Source: Leucoraja ocellata (Eukaryota). Taken from it: 64,000 nucleotides of DNA. Within the stretch, counting starts at the first letter, position 1. Each line of letters begins with the position of its first letter. Positions 1 through 12,660 of this stretch are shown one piece after another. Under the pieces are notes generated by a model. It saw nothing but the letters and a program-made list of their open reading frames with translations, was not told the DNA's origin and did no database searches. The stretch covers positions 6,448,001 through 6,512,000 of the forward strand of contig JAWMAR010000053.1 of assembly GCA_036785375.1 (NCBI GenBank). Reading direction: 5' to 3'. Position numbers and translations under genes: made by a program.

Positions 1-76
1 CATGTTATCGGTACATGCAATTTCTGCTTGGAAATGTCTCATTATATACACAGAGAACCACTTATGAGGTGTTGTT

Positions 77-387
77 CTATAAACTTGTGAGGTCTGTTTG
101 TTGGTCCTTGGAAACAGTTTGTGACTGTTGACTGGAAGCAGAAGAAGAATTGGACGATCTGGTCTTAGTGTTCGGCAATTTGTGATCCTTTTTCCACTTC
201 ATTCTTCGGTTTTGAAACCAAATTTTGATCTGGCGTTCGGAAAGACACAACGTGTGGGCTATTTCAATACGACGTCGTCTTGTCAGATACCTGTTAAAAT
301 GGAACTCCTTCTCCAGTTCTAAGACCTGCTGCCTTGTGTAGGCAGTTCGTGAGCGTTTGGGTTCCCCTCCAGTGTAATTAGGATTCA
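77..387 (-). CDS. HOXD4: HoxD4 exon 2 (homeodomain)
   Basis: Acceptor ttttCAG at 388-390. Encodes [75 protein letters not shown], a group-4 homeodomain. Stop TAG at 77-79. Confidence 0.96.
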
Positions 388-639
388 CTGAAAAACAAAA
401 CAATTCAAAAAAAAGGCATTCAAATCTGCAAATAAACTTTGTCAGCCGCCTCCATTCCGCAGACCTCACGCACATTGCACCCCTCCCGCGCTGGCTCGGT
501 TAAAAAAGTCCAGATATCTATTATTGTCAAGGATCACCTTAAAGTTGTTGGTGAAACGGAGATGTAACATGTCCCTGTTACTCCTAGGCTCGAGTTTTCA
601 CATGCACCCAGCCACATGGCCAGCGGCCTATTTCCTCAG

Positions 640-720
640 CAATAAAAATTTATGATGGGTGTAATTGCCGGTGTTTTTAAAAACCGCTCATAAATCCTCC
701 TTTGAAGGAGTTATTTACGA
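640..720. promoter_or_regulatory. HB-1-like conserved element in the Hox4 intron (clustered TTTAT/TAAT homeodomain sites)
   Basis: caataaaaatttatgatgggtgtaattg at 640-667, followed by ctcataaa and atttacga. Resembles the known Hox4 intronic HB-1 element (from memory). Confidence 0.7.
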
Positions 721-770
721 TAGATCGATACCAATGGTTCACAAATATTTGCTAGGGTGGCGATGGCGGA

Positions 771-817
771 GGGGGTGGGGGTGGTGAGGAGGGTGGGGAG
801 GGGGGGGAGGGCGGGGG
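771..817 (+). repeat. G-rich low-complexity tract in the HoxD4 intron (G-quadruplex potential on + strand)
   Basis: Six runs of 3 or more G, starting about 20 nt inside the intron from the donor. Confidence 0.7.
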
Positions 818-836
818 ACTAAAAAGTGGACCTTAC

Positions 837-1248
837 CCGTGTTAACGTGGATTTTCTTCATCCAAGGATAAACCACCGCTGGCTGTTTGGTTGCTGTGCC
901 GTTTTGATTCTTTGTATTGTGTTGCTGCTGGTTGCAAGGCCGGGCTATGGACACTTGGAGCGGTGCAACGGGCTCCCCCTGGGCTGAGAGGTGGTTCTGA
1001 GGAGCGGGCTGTGCCTGCACATGACCCCTCTGCTGCACCGGAGAGCCCCGAGCGTTGCTGCAGCTGTACGACTGGCCGCTGTAGTTTGACCGTGGATAGA
1101 CTCCTTGGTGCTGAAAATCAATGTCCTGCGGCTGGCTGTAATACTCTGAGCAGTGGTCAGGTATGTAGTTATTTTGCGAGTATTCCTCGCAAGGAGGAAA
1201 TTTGGGATCCACATATTTAGAATTCACCAAAAACGAACTCATGGTCAT
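837..1248 (-). CDS. HOXD4: HoxD4 exon 1
   Basis: [26 protein letters not shown]-terminus and [11 protein letters not shown] hexapeptide. Donor G|GTAAGG at 836; phase 1 joins exon 2 in frame. Confidence 0.96.
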
Positions 1249-1299
1249 TAATTTCTGAAGGTGGAAAATACTAATTTTTCTCGAGTTGTCTTTTTTCCC

Positions 1300-1372
1300 G
1301 TTCCATAAAGCCCTCCTACTTGCTGTCAACTGAATAAAGTTAGTCACCCATGTGACTATACGAGCCAATGAC
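1300..1372 (-). promoter_or_regulatory. HoxD4 proximal promoter/5' leader (E-box + CCAAT)
   Basis: catgtgac 1349-1356 and ccaatgac 1365-1372, plus TTTATGG at about 1303-1309. Typical Hox4 leader ending in AGAAATTAATG. Confidence 0.7.
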
Positions 1373-2624
1373 GGGGCTAGGCCCGATTCCCGGATAAGGA
1401 AACAGCTAATGACAAATTTTACAAACTTCGTCCACAAAATCTTGATTTGAAAAATAAAATAAATTCCGCACCCTCCTTATTGTTTTTGCAGCAACCACTG
1501 AGCATTCGAGATAGTTTCCGGAAAATGCATAGAATAGCGGTTCCCATTAGGAGCGAATAATGATCATTCACTGAGCGCTCGAATATTGCTCAGGTAATTT
1601 GCTCTTTTGTTCAAAGAGAATTTTCGACCATTCCTTGTCGCTTTTCATATAAATCAAGGATAGAACAGGTATTCGGCGTGCACGCATTTCTTCTTGTTGT
1701 TTTCGCCCGAGAGCAGCATAACAATAGCGAGGGCACTTGAAGAAACGGCAGGCAACCCAACGTACGCAGGATGACAAAGGATACATCCAGTTTGCCAAAT
1801 AAGATGAATAACGGAGCTGAGGGGAATAATTACAGCCATTACGGATGCACGACGGTTTTTCTGGTCAAAGTTGTTCAAAGTCAAACACGGTCTACTCCCG
1901 ATAAAGTCAGAACAAGGCATTCAGTATCACGTAGAGCACTTTACACGTGTTGCTTAAAGACATTGTAAGGTCAAAACACTTCGCTCTGAAAGTTCAATGA
2001 TTTGAAGAGTGGAAGATAAGTTTTAACCAGCTTTGTATCTGATGACTTTGCTTCACCAGCAAGCGTTTTTCCTTTAATATCTTGACAATTCGTTTTCTTC
2101 TTCTCCTCACATTTTACTACCTACTGCTTTTATTTAAAACTAACGCAGCAACGCATTTCTAACTATTTTGTTTGCAATGTGCACAGTTCGGGTTGTAAGT
2201 TTTAACCAAAGACGTGATCTGGTTCGATGCAGTTGAGATCTGGTTTAAATTGGTGTAACGCGGTGCAAAATCGAAAGCTCGTCTTTACAGATAAGTTATC
2301 TCCATTGCCATGGAAACGGATAGTATTCAGAAAGAAATACTTAAGTTTCAATAATCATACATTTCCGGAGAGGAAACACAGAAGTTAGAATCGACTGCCT
2401 TCTGGACCATGTTTACTAAATCATCACATTGTGCATCAATTTTATTTTGTATAGGGTAACCGAAATAAGCCATTTAATTCTGAGCGGGGAAATTTAAAAA
2501 CACTGAAGAGTGGGTTTAATTTTATTTAAAGGGTCATTCCAAATCATTGAGTATTACTAAAGATCTAAATCATTCTTAGTCAAAGCCACGAAGTGCAAAT
2601 TGGAGATTTTCGTAGTGTTGGCAT

Positions 2625-2702
2625 CGACCATATACTCCCCTAGAAACGAATCTGTGACTGAAACATCACACAAATTCGGTTCTACAGGGTATATATAGAC
2701 GA
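2625..2702 (-). ncRNA. MIR10B: mir-10b precursor hairpin
   Basis: Mature 5p TACCCTGTAGAACCGAATTTGTG at 2669-2691 matches miR-10b. 3p arm ACAGATTCGTTTCTAGGGGAGT at 2634-2655. Canonical position upstream of Hox4. Confidence 0.97.
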
Positions 2703-4339
2703 CGGGTTACAAACAAATTCGGTGACCAATTACACAATGGTAAAATAGTTTAAAATACTGCAATGGATTGCGATCCCCAAGGAGTTAATGACGTGTAATA
2801 TTAATAAATAAGAAATTAAAATCAGACTCAGCTCTTGTTAAATTACGTATTGGTTTAGCCATTGAAAAAATTCTACAAGCTAATCCCTTAAATTTGGTAA
2901 AAGGAGTGAGGAAATATTTATATTTGCATTGTTTGTCAGTGGCAGCAACGTGAACCAGCGTGTGGAGCCTGTTTCGACATACAGTCTACAGGCATAAGTT
3001 ATTATTTGTTGCTATGTTTTTTGAATCCTTCGTATATCACAGAGATTTTATAGGAAACAGTTTGTAGCGATGCGCTCCAGCTCACATAACTAAGTGCCTC
3101 AGCGTGAATCAATAATTACTCCAGATGCTAATAATTTGAACTCACCACTAACAAACCGCAGGATTTGATAACAAATATAGCCCGGTCTAAACAATCGCTA
3201 AAACTAATCAAATACAATTTAAATAAGATAGCACAAATATTGGTTTATTCCAGAGCGTATTCCACCCATTGCCACTTTAACAAAATGGGAGCATCCCAGG
3301 AAAATGAAGGTTGTTTGTTCTAATTCTTAATCTTTCTCATTTCTTGGAAGCTGGTTCAAAAATGCTGCCGAGAGCATGCTTCAAGATCTGGCTACAACTC
3401 CAGTCAATTGGGAAGCCGCATGCATGGGTAAAATATACAATTTAATCTGCCAGTTCATTAGATTCCATTTGGTTCGAATATATCTAAGGTGTTTTCTAAC
3501 TCTTGTGCATTACAGGTCCCTTCCCTGGCCGGCCCCTCTGAGCCTGTAGTGCCACCACGTTGTGTGTTAAAGGCTGAAGGGCACGAGGTCAGACTGAAAT
3601 CATTGGCAAACACATCGTAAAGTTGCATTATTATTTTCGCTTTAGCTACAGCCCTAATGCATGACCTTTTCAAAGTGCGCGAGTCTTTTCGAATTAACTG
3701 TTCAACTAAGCTGAGAGCAATCCTGTTCTTGCATTTTCAGTTAAAAAGGCTCCACACGCGAGAGACAGACTGAGAACAATTGTAAAAACCACGCTAACGA
3801 AAAAGGATAAGTGCGTTCATCAGTGCAAACGCTGTGTTTAAATGTTCTGAGATGCATTGGTTAACAATGTAGCACTGAAGCTGAACTTTTTAACTGTGAA
3901 CTGTACCTTCACGAGTTTAATCCTTCGTTCTTTCTGTCCACAACAAAGGTTTGGGTTCAGCTGCGATCTGTGGCAGAACAATCTAAACTACTCTTTCATC
4001 AATGCTCCAGTTTTTGTTTAATAACTCAGTATGTTACTGTAATTATTTTACCTTTTGTAACAAAAATCCCAAGCACGTCGCTGATTTATTTACCTGCGAT
4101 TTTTTTTCCATTTAGCCCAGTGATTTAGGAAAGAAAACAGCTAAACACTTTCCGACAACCAATGGCGCCAACGAAAACACCAACAGTGAATTCTGCTTTT
4201 AAAAAGGGCTTTTTGCTCAGAAAATACCAGATATCATTACATCATCCGATAATCCGAAAGCCAAATCTCTTTACTGATCAAATTAACGCACATTGTGAAG
4301 CTGATTGGTGCTACACATTTTAATATTTGTTAGACGCTG

Positions 4340-4356
4340 TGACCTGCATTTCACCT
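4340..4356 (-). promoter_or_regulatory. DR5 retinoic-acid response element upstream of HoxD4
   Basis: AGGTGA-aatgc-AGGTCA on the minus strand, about 3.1 kb upstream of the HoxD4 ATG. Matches the described HOXD4 5' RARE as I recall it. Confidence 0.85.
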
Positions 4357-7300
4357 TACTGCTCGACTCGTTCAGACAGGTCAATGCCAAAGAGTTATTG
4401 ATGAACAAACCCGATTAAAATTCACCTCTTTTTTTAACTGCCCACACAAGTGCTGCGACTTTTGATCTAACAGATTTTGACCTAGAGAATGTCAATGCAA
4501 ACTAAGTGTTTGGGAAGTGAGGCCTATATTTATTCATAGATTCTGTGGTTCAATGAAAGCTATTATTGTCAACAGTCTGCCAAGAGCTTTCCTACGTATA
4601 AGTACACCGATTTTAAAAACAAAATTGAATTTTTCAAAAGTTCAGCTTTCTACTGACACAGAAAGCCATTTTCTTGCAGAAGCTGCTTCAGCATATGTCA
4701 AGACTGTTTTGTTTTTCAGCAGCAATTGTCCTTCATTATTTATCAACGCCTAAAGATTCACATTGTAAAACTAGTGCTGAAACGATGGATCCATGGCGCT
4801 GGGCCATTGCTTTGCGAATACTGCTTAAACATTATGTGGACCCATTTAAAGTGAGTCGCTGCTCAACGTTTATCTAGCGGTAAAAGTATGCTGTTACTTG
4901 AAGAGTGTTTGTGGCGAATATCGCGTGGTGAGATGTTGCCTTCTATAGCAGTTGGACGATATCCTGGCAGAGGTTCTGATTATCTTAGTGAAATAGCAAT
5001 GGTAGACCCAAGGTGAAAAGAAAGATTTACTATTCCTGTTGTAAAGAAGGTAGAATTTGAACATTTGTATTATTGTTTTCTGGTTGCCTGATAATAATGC
5101 AGATTAATATTATACTGGTCATTTGAAATATGGGGACAGAGTCTGTCTAATATATGTAATATTTTGTTTTTTTTATTATACGAATGCTGATACACTTTTT
5201 CTTATGTGTATGATTTTAAAATGATAGTGTCGAATTATTCCCGTGAATCTGTTACTGGGTTTAGAAAGGACAAGAACCGAAGGATCCAGTCTCTATTTTT
5301 AAAAAAACCCAGAAATATTATAAACACTAATTGTTTCATCAATAATGACTCCACCGTCAACCTGGTCAAGTTGTACAAAATGTCGGCGACATTTTATGCA
5401 GGCAAACCTAGCGAAGAGATAATTGAAGAAAAGAAGTACCATTTTCCAGTCAAACAAATGCTTCAGCTAATATTAGAGCAGACGCGAGGCTGAACGTTGG
5501 GCCTGCGTGGTTGTATCTGGGGAGCTTTTGCATTTGATTCCACCTACAACTTTCTATTAGCTCATTACGAGTAAACTTTATACATCTTCTATAATTATTA
5601 CCACCTCATTTGCCAAGTCATTTTTGCAGATGTTGAAACCGGAACGATAACTTTCCTCCGAATGACCTTTTAAAAATGCAGTCTTGCACTGGGAGGCGCT
5701 GTGCCCGCCTTGCCCGCTTCATAGTCACAAGGCAGCTAAATCTGCTTCTCTTCCCTAATGTCAGAGGTAATTAGAGTTCAACATAGTCATGTTTTAATCG
5801 TACTCTGCACCTATAACAAGTCTACCCCTTTCACAGAATGAGAATGTAATTACACGACCAGTTAAATATCGCTATAAAAATAGATCACAAAGAATTCAAA
5901 AGAGTGTCCACAACAATTTTCACTGGAATCATGTCAGTATCCAGTTTACCAGTCACAATGCAACTACATCTTCACCTCACACAAATTTCACATTCAAAAC
6001 AGCCGACCGTTTCTAGCCATTCGCCATGTTAATAAGAAATAATTCATTCAATAATACTTACTTCCGAGCTTCCTCCATTCCGCCAGCTCTGCAATAAAAA
6101 ACACAATGTATGCTGAGTGAATCGCGTTTAATACCATTCAATGCAAAATAAGAGCACAGGTGGATTTTCTAATCCAGATTAATATTAAACTAACGTACAT
6201 GTTGTTATCTACGGAGCACTGTAACATTTTACTTTCCAAGATTAAAAAAAATAATTGTGATCTACAATGTGATTGAAATTGCCAGCCCGCGTTGTTATAA
6301 TGCAGATTTGAAAACAGAAATTCGATCATTTATGCTTTGAGTAGCTAATTGATCTGACCATTATAGTTTCTCCTTTAGGGAAGGCATAAAGTCGTATCCA
6401 TTTCACGTACAACGTTATTTCAACAATTCATTCAGATTATCGTGGGCATTAATATAGCCTGGTGTTATTTTCTACTAATCTCTCTTCAATTAACGAGGCG
6501 ATTCTTTTTTCCCCCGAACAAATGTGAACAAAACATCGATTTATACACGGAACATCATCCTTTCGCCATAATTCGCCCTTAAAAAGTATTTTCGACGTGT
6601 TTCTCGATGTTTTCTCGATGTATTCTAATCATTATTTGGTCAGTGCAAGTGATGTTGAACATTTTCAGCAGAGAAAGCTTTCGCTTGTTTTGATGATACA
6701 GCTCATTAACCTTGAAGAATTCCAAAATCATGATTTCTGTATTTTGTTAAAATATAGCTTCAGAGTTTGCTATTAAACTAAAGGTGGTTAAAACAGTATC
6801 AACGTGCCAGACGTTTTTTTTGTGCAAAATATATTGTGATTATTTACAGCGCGTTGCTCTGTGTAAGCAATTTCCATTTCAGCACTCGAGATGTGCATCT
6901 TTAGTCTGATTGATAATTTTACATTCGTTGGCGCAGGGAATATGAAGGATTTGAATCTGGGTTCATAGAGTTTGTGATTTCGCCCTCTACCCTCTTTCTC
7001 TTTATGGTTTTCTACCTTTACAATTAGTGTCAGTGTAGCGTAAAATTGAGGCAATGGGGTTTGTTTATTGCCGATTGCATTTTAAAGATTGGTGAAGGGA
7101 AATCCGAGTAACATCTCGCCAGTTGTAAGGAAACACTTACAGCACCTTTAAAGATCAGAAAGCTTTCTTTCAGAAGGTAATTGTAGGAAATGAGAACTCA
7201 CTATTTTATACATTAAGCACACCTTGTTCGTCATTGTTCTCTATTTCTTATCCAAATTGCAACGAATGTGATCGATTACAAAACCCTCGGGACAGTGAAT

Positions 7301-9045
7301 AAAACGTTAGCATCTATAACTGAGGGGATAATTTTACAGTTTGATACAATCTCAGCAAATTAATATGGGCACAATAAAGGATTTGAACATTTTATTGCAT
7401 AACGTTGAGAATTGCTTTTAAAATTATTTCCTATCTCTAAATATATTTTTATTTCAGCCTCTCGGTATAAAAGAGGTGTTTGGTTTTCGATTAACAGCAT
7501 AACCCTTCCAAGATCTATTTTTAGGAAGCACTGAGTAATCTTTAAATTATAATGCCATATCAAATACACGTCATTCAATTTAATAAGTAATGCTGCTCAG
7601 ACATATTCACAAGATAAGATCATGTTGATTTTGTGTTTCTATTTTCCTTTAACGGAATGCTTAAACGAACATGACAAACTTAATTCATCGATTTATAATT
7701 GCAATTAAAGTGGAATAACGTGCGTGATAGTTATTTGTCTGGTCCATTGCGATATTAATTTCATACTTATTCATTGTGTGCAGCCGTCACTACAGAGGGC
7801 TGTGGAAAATGAACTCAGGCTGCACTAGATTTTGGGCTAGTCAAGAAACAGTACATGCGCCCAAGAGCCTGGAATGACATCAGGTGTCACGCGTCTACCA
7901 GCCCTGTAAACGACTAGAAATAACTTACTTGCTGCTTTCCCAGCGCAAAGGTACAAGGCACTTGCACATCTCCAATGCATAGCGGCGGATCAGGACAGCT
8001 AGCTTCTTGGTGTCACTTTCCACAGGCCTTCTCGAAAACACTAACCATCTGCACTTGTCTGCTCTTAACCTAATATATGATGTGAATTATATTTCGGCGT
8101 GTCAACTCCCCTAACCATAAAACAAAGTTTAATGGCGTCACGTGCCCCTGTGCAACCAGTCAGGACCTGGCTCTCCGGCGTCCATATAAATAACCCTTAA
8201 AGTTTAAAACTTTTATTCACTAAAGACAGCCTTGTTCATTGAAATGTTCTCTCAGTAATATAAAGCTAAATCTCCGAGTACCCAGATGGACGTTTACCTT
8301 GGATAATAAGTTTTCTTTACTTTAAAACGCAATTTGGGCACCTATTTCCTATGCAACCACGACGATCTATTTACACTTGGTAAGTTTAAATACACTGTGT
8401 ATCCGTGACCGATAGCTTCAGTGATATAAAACTGGGTCGATTAGGAATTCAAGCAAGAATTCCTTTATAACATTTAGAGTTTCCTGTGACATTGTTTTCC
8501 TATTTCAATTGCTTCAATCATCTATTATTTCATCTTGTTTTAGAGTTAAATGCAGAGTTTAAATCCCCATTGGATTTTACCCTCCAAAATGATCCTGCAA
8601 TGGAAACTAACGGAGAGCCCTCTGGTTTCCAATGCTCGTGCATTTCAGTTTCACCACTGGATTCACACATTGTAATAGTACAATATCAATAGACACCAAT
8701 TATATAAAACAAACTGATATGTTCAATCATTAGACGACATATTATCATATGTAAATGAACATGTCTGGAAACTGGATGCTGTACTTCCTGAACGAAGACA
8801 TATTCTCTTTTAACATCAAATATCGAATAGGTGTTAGCTCGGCCAAGAGTTCTTCCCAAGAACAATACCTGGCAGAACATATTGAAAGCCACTACATTTC
8901 TAGGACCTTTTACGAAAATCGAAGAACTCTGGTGTCGAGTGAATCGAAACAAAATGCGAATACAAAATCGCCTCGCTTCTCCCGCAAGTGCACAATTGCC
9001 AGTACTTCTGAACATGCACTGCAGCTAAAAACACTGAGTGAAGTA

Positions 9046-9069
9046 TTTATTGGTAAAACTGTGTTTATT
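9046..9069 (-). terminator. Likely HoxD5 polyadenylation signals (two AATAAA)
   Basis: tttatt at 9046-9051 and 9064-9069, about 560 nt after the stop codon. Confidence 0.5.
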
Positions 9070-9622
9070 TCAACGTTGTAGACAAATCACCACTCATTTC
9101 ATTTATATAGCACAAAGTCAGACATTTAAACATTATGTATGTACAGAATATACATAACAAGATATAGCTGGGAAGACAGAACGAATCTCAGAATTATTCA
9201 AACAAAGGAAAATCACCGTTGATGTAAAAAAAAGATGAAAGTAAAAATATTTATCTAACTTTACAGAACATTATCAAATGATAGTATAAAAGAAGCATTC
9301 ATCCGACCGAAGATTCAGCTACCAGCCACAGACAACAAGTTCATTCTGCTCTCCGATGTGAACTGTTTGCATGGCTACATTACACCGGCTGATCTCTTTA
9401 TTGTTCTCTCTTCTGATCTAAATTTAGGCATAGATATTATAAATATATATATTGAAAGAAAAAAAAAAGATGTTAACATCTGTTGATGATAAGTGATAAA
9501 ATCTACTGATGACAGGGCGTTGAACCCACCAACGTATCTCACACAACATTTTATGTGGCCAAACAAGCTTCCCCATTGCAACGTAAAGGACAATAATATT
9601 ATAGCCAGTTAGGTGTAACCGG

Positions 9623-9865
<243 letters not shown>

Positions 9866-10237
9866 TTAATAAAAAGTTAAAGATGAATTACTACACGCAT
9901 TGGTGTAAATATATTACATTATATCGTTTTAGACATCATTGTTTAATGCGCTTTACTACCCCAACAGAACAAAATAGACAAGTTCTCCGATAGATAAGTT
10001 GAAGTATTTTTAAACATGATTCAGTTTTCAAGATGCATAAAATGCAGTTCCTGACACGATTGCTGTAACCCGCTCAAAGCAACAGCTTATATTCTGATTT
10101 CATTCCAACTGTTATGCTTTTACAAATAGCATGCTTTATTAATTTTGATTAAGTTACTCTGTTTCCAAATCTAAAAAAATCTTCGACCAAAATTACAAAT
10201 GTATATCAAAAGTATATATTGGCGGCATTGAGCGTAC

Positions 10238-10745
10238 CTTGATTAAGGTGAAGCTTTTTCATCCATGGATATATTTGCATCTGCTGTGCTGAATCCTTGT
10301 CTAGTTGCCCACTTTCTGGTTTGGGGCTGTTCGTTCCCACAAGATGTTCATCGGTAACCGGTGATGTATCCTGACCACCGCGGTATGAATGACTTGCCCC
10401 TGTGATTGCAGCCCCAGTTTTAATAGTACTATCTGACGGGCTTATCAAAGGTCCTGAGCTGAAGGTATGATCAGGAGACTTAGTTCTCACACTAGAAGAA
10501 CTGTGAAAGGTGTTACTGGCTGTCTGCATGAAGTCAGTAGACCTTTCACTGTCTCCACGAAGATTTGAGTTAGAACGAGTCATGCTGAGGTCTATCCCAG
10601 TGTAATCATAGCCATACCTGGCCGAAAGCATCGTCGACTCCCTAAAATGCTCCTCCACAGACGAGGCATTCCCATAACTCTGCAACTGATAATCGTGGCC
10701 ATTTTGGTAGCGACCTGGGTAAGAGTTTAGAAAGTAGGAACTCAT
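10238..10745 (-). CDS. HOXD5: HoxD5 exon 1
   Basis: [21 protein letters not shown] is a group-5 N-terminus; also [12 protein letters not shown] and [10 protein letters not shown]. Donor G|GTACGC at 10237. Confidence 0.93.
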
Positions 10746-10819
10746 CTGCCTTTTAGGGGATTGATTTGTGGTTCTTAGACGTTTATTCGCCACCAGAACG
10801 CGCGATATATAATGAAATA

Positions 10820-10925
10820 TGGAAATAAAAGGCACATGTCATTTCTCTGCCTCCTACGTATGCAACCAAATATGGGACACAAGTTTAGATCACGTGCTTT
10901 TGTTGACCAGTCGTAAATTCTTGTG
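10820..10925 (-). promoter_or_regulatory. HoxD5 proximal promoter/leader (Hox5-type conserved block)
   Basis: TTTACGACTGGTCAACAAAAGCACGTGATC at 10888-10917, typical of Hox5 promoters. Perfect CArG box ccaaatatgg at 10866-10875. Confidence 0.75.
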
Positions 10926-12607
10926 CCTGACCCTGGGGGTAATTCATGCAGTGAGAATGCTTACTGTGATTCAGCGAGCCTTGTCCTACAGCGCCTCCTT
11001 CTGACATCCACGGAGAAAACCAGGCTCAGGTCGCCAAAGCAAAATTGAAAGAGACTTTGATGCGTAAAGGGGTTTGTATGTTTTTTTTGTTCCGGAATGG
11101 TTTCATTTTTTTGCATCAAAATTGTTCACGGATTAGGGTAACCCTTAACTATGAACTCTTCTTTCTGTTATCTGAAATCACCAATTATTCAACGGGGACA
11201 TGTATAGGAAAGTGCACGTTCAACGTTTGTATACATAGAAAACAAGAGTATACAATCATTTAAAATCGCAGTTATCGTACGCCGTGATATACTGCACCTT
11301 TATCGCAGCCTCCAAAAATCATGCGATGATTTTAATACCTAAAATTATTCACAAAGAATTCAACACACATCACGTCTTTTCACTTGAGTTGAATTATTTT
11401 TTTTTTACTTTGTATTAACTATTTATTCGACACCAACATTTGAGGTACACTTTGAGTAAATAATTATATTCACGACGAAGAACCTGTTAAAAGATCCTAA
11501 ATATTTCCAATGCATAATATGACTTCAGGATTCATATTGTACTCTGTATTACAACGGGGTGGACCTTTTAGATGTTGTTACTGGTGTTAAAATACGCCAA
11601 GCAAAATATTTTCTTAAGCAAGAACCAAACACGCCATTCAAATCTACAGACAATGCACATTTCATCAAGGCTTTCACAGACTGCAGTATGTTGTTTTCGT
11701 AGAATACTGGATTAGGACTGTTTAGCCACTAATCAAATATCTTTACAGAAAATTTATTTCACATACTTTGCACTTAGTTTATTTTTCTGGTTTACAAATA
11801 GGCGATTCATCTTGCACTGTCTTTTGAGCACAGGATCCCAGATAAGTATTTGCTTTCTATTTTTATCGGGCAATGGTTAAGGAAATAAAAAAGGATTATG
11901 AATCTTTGTTATTTTATATGTTAAATTATTTTCTGATTGATTAAGTTGCGGCTTGTTACGAGAGAACCACTAACCGAAAACGTAAGCAGAAGCGCGCAAT
12001 GCACTTTTTGTTCCATTGTGCGGTTCAACTGCACCGTAGCTTTGACGATATTTTCAACTGCAGTTGTTCAAAAATATATCAACTAGATCTGTTGCAAGAT
12101 CTGATGAATATATATACTGAGGTAATTACAAAACCGATTAGGTATCGAAAACGAACGATACGATTTGAGGGGCCGCACTATCGTTTGTCCTGCTCGGGAG
12201 GGATGTTTCACGGTGTGGAACTTTATTTGAGACACATCAAGTCGAATCCAGTTGGCTACTGATGCAGTAAAACCGCGACGGCAATAAATGTAATATCTGA
12301 ATGCAGTGTTTGCTTTTTCCTCTTTGATTAATAGGCGAATTATAAATGCTTGATTGCGATCCGGAATCGCACATCTAATGAAGGCAACGAAACGATGTCA
12401 AAACACTGACTGCATTAATCTGAGTCTGAAGAATTTGGCAAAGATCCGCCCATTGTCGCGGTGATACTTAACGCACGTGGGCTGTAGTTATCTGTTGCTG
12501 GCTGTTTTTTTAGGGATTTAAAAAGGGTGTTTCCAAACCTCTTGGGTAAGTGAATTATGAAGCATTGAAATAGGATCGGCAGATTATTTGGCACTGCACC
12601 CCACCCC

Positions 12608-12621
12608 CTCTCTCTCTCTCG

Positions 12622-12659
<38 letters not shown>
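12608..12659. repeat. Compound (CT)n(CA)n microsatellite
   Basis: Direct inspection. Confidence 0.95.

Positions 12660-12660
<1 letters not shown>

Noticed and set aside
891-1220. Antisense and alternative-frame ORFs over Hox exons (also 28391-28976, 34745-35037, 43933-44258, 52655-53173, 58494-58781)
   Set aside because: Shadow ORFs of GC-richer coding exons, mostly with non-ATG starts.
6590-6621. Short tandem duplications (also 32975-33030, 41308-41332, 41989-42037, 43240-43273)
   Set aside because: Ordinary slippage duplications of 10-12 nt; no regular repeat-spacer structure, so not CRISPR-like.
8686-9081. Overlapping ORFs of about 108 aa downstream of HoxD5
   Set aside because: No domain similarity; lengths expected by chance; overlap the polyA region.
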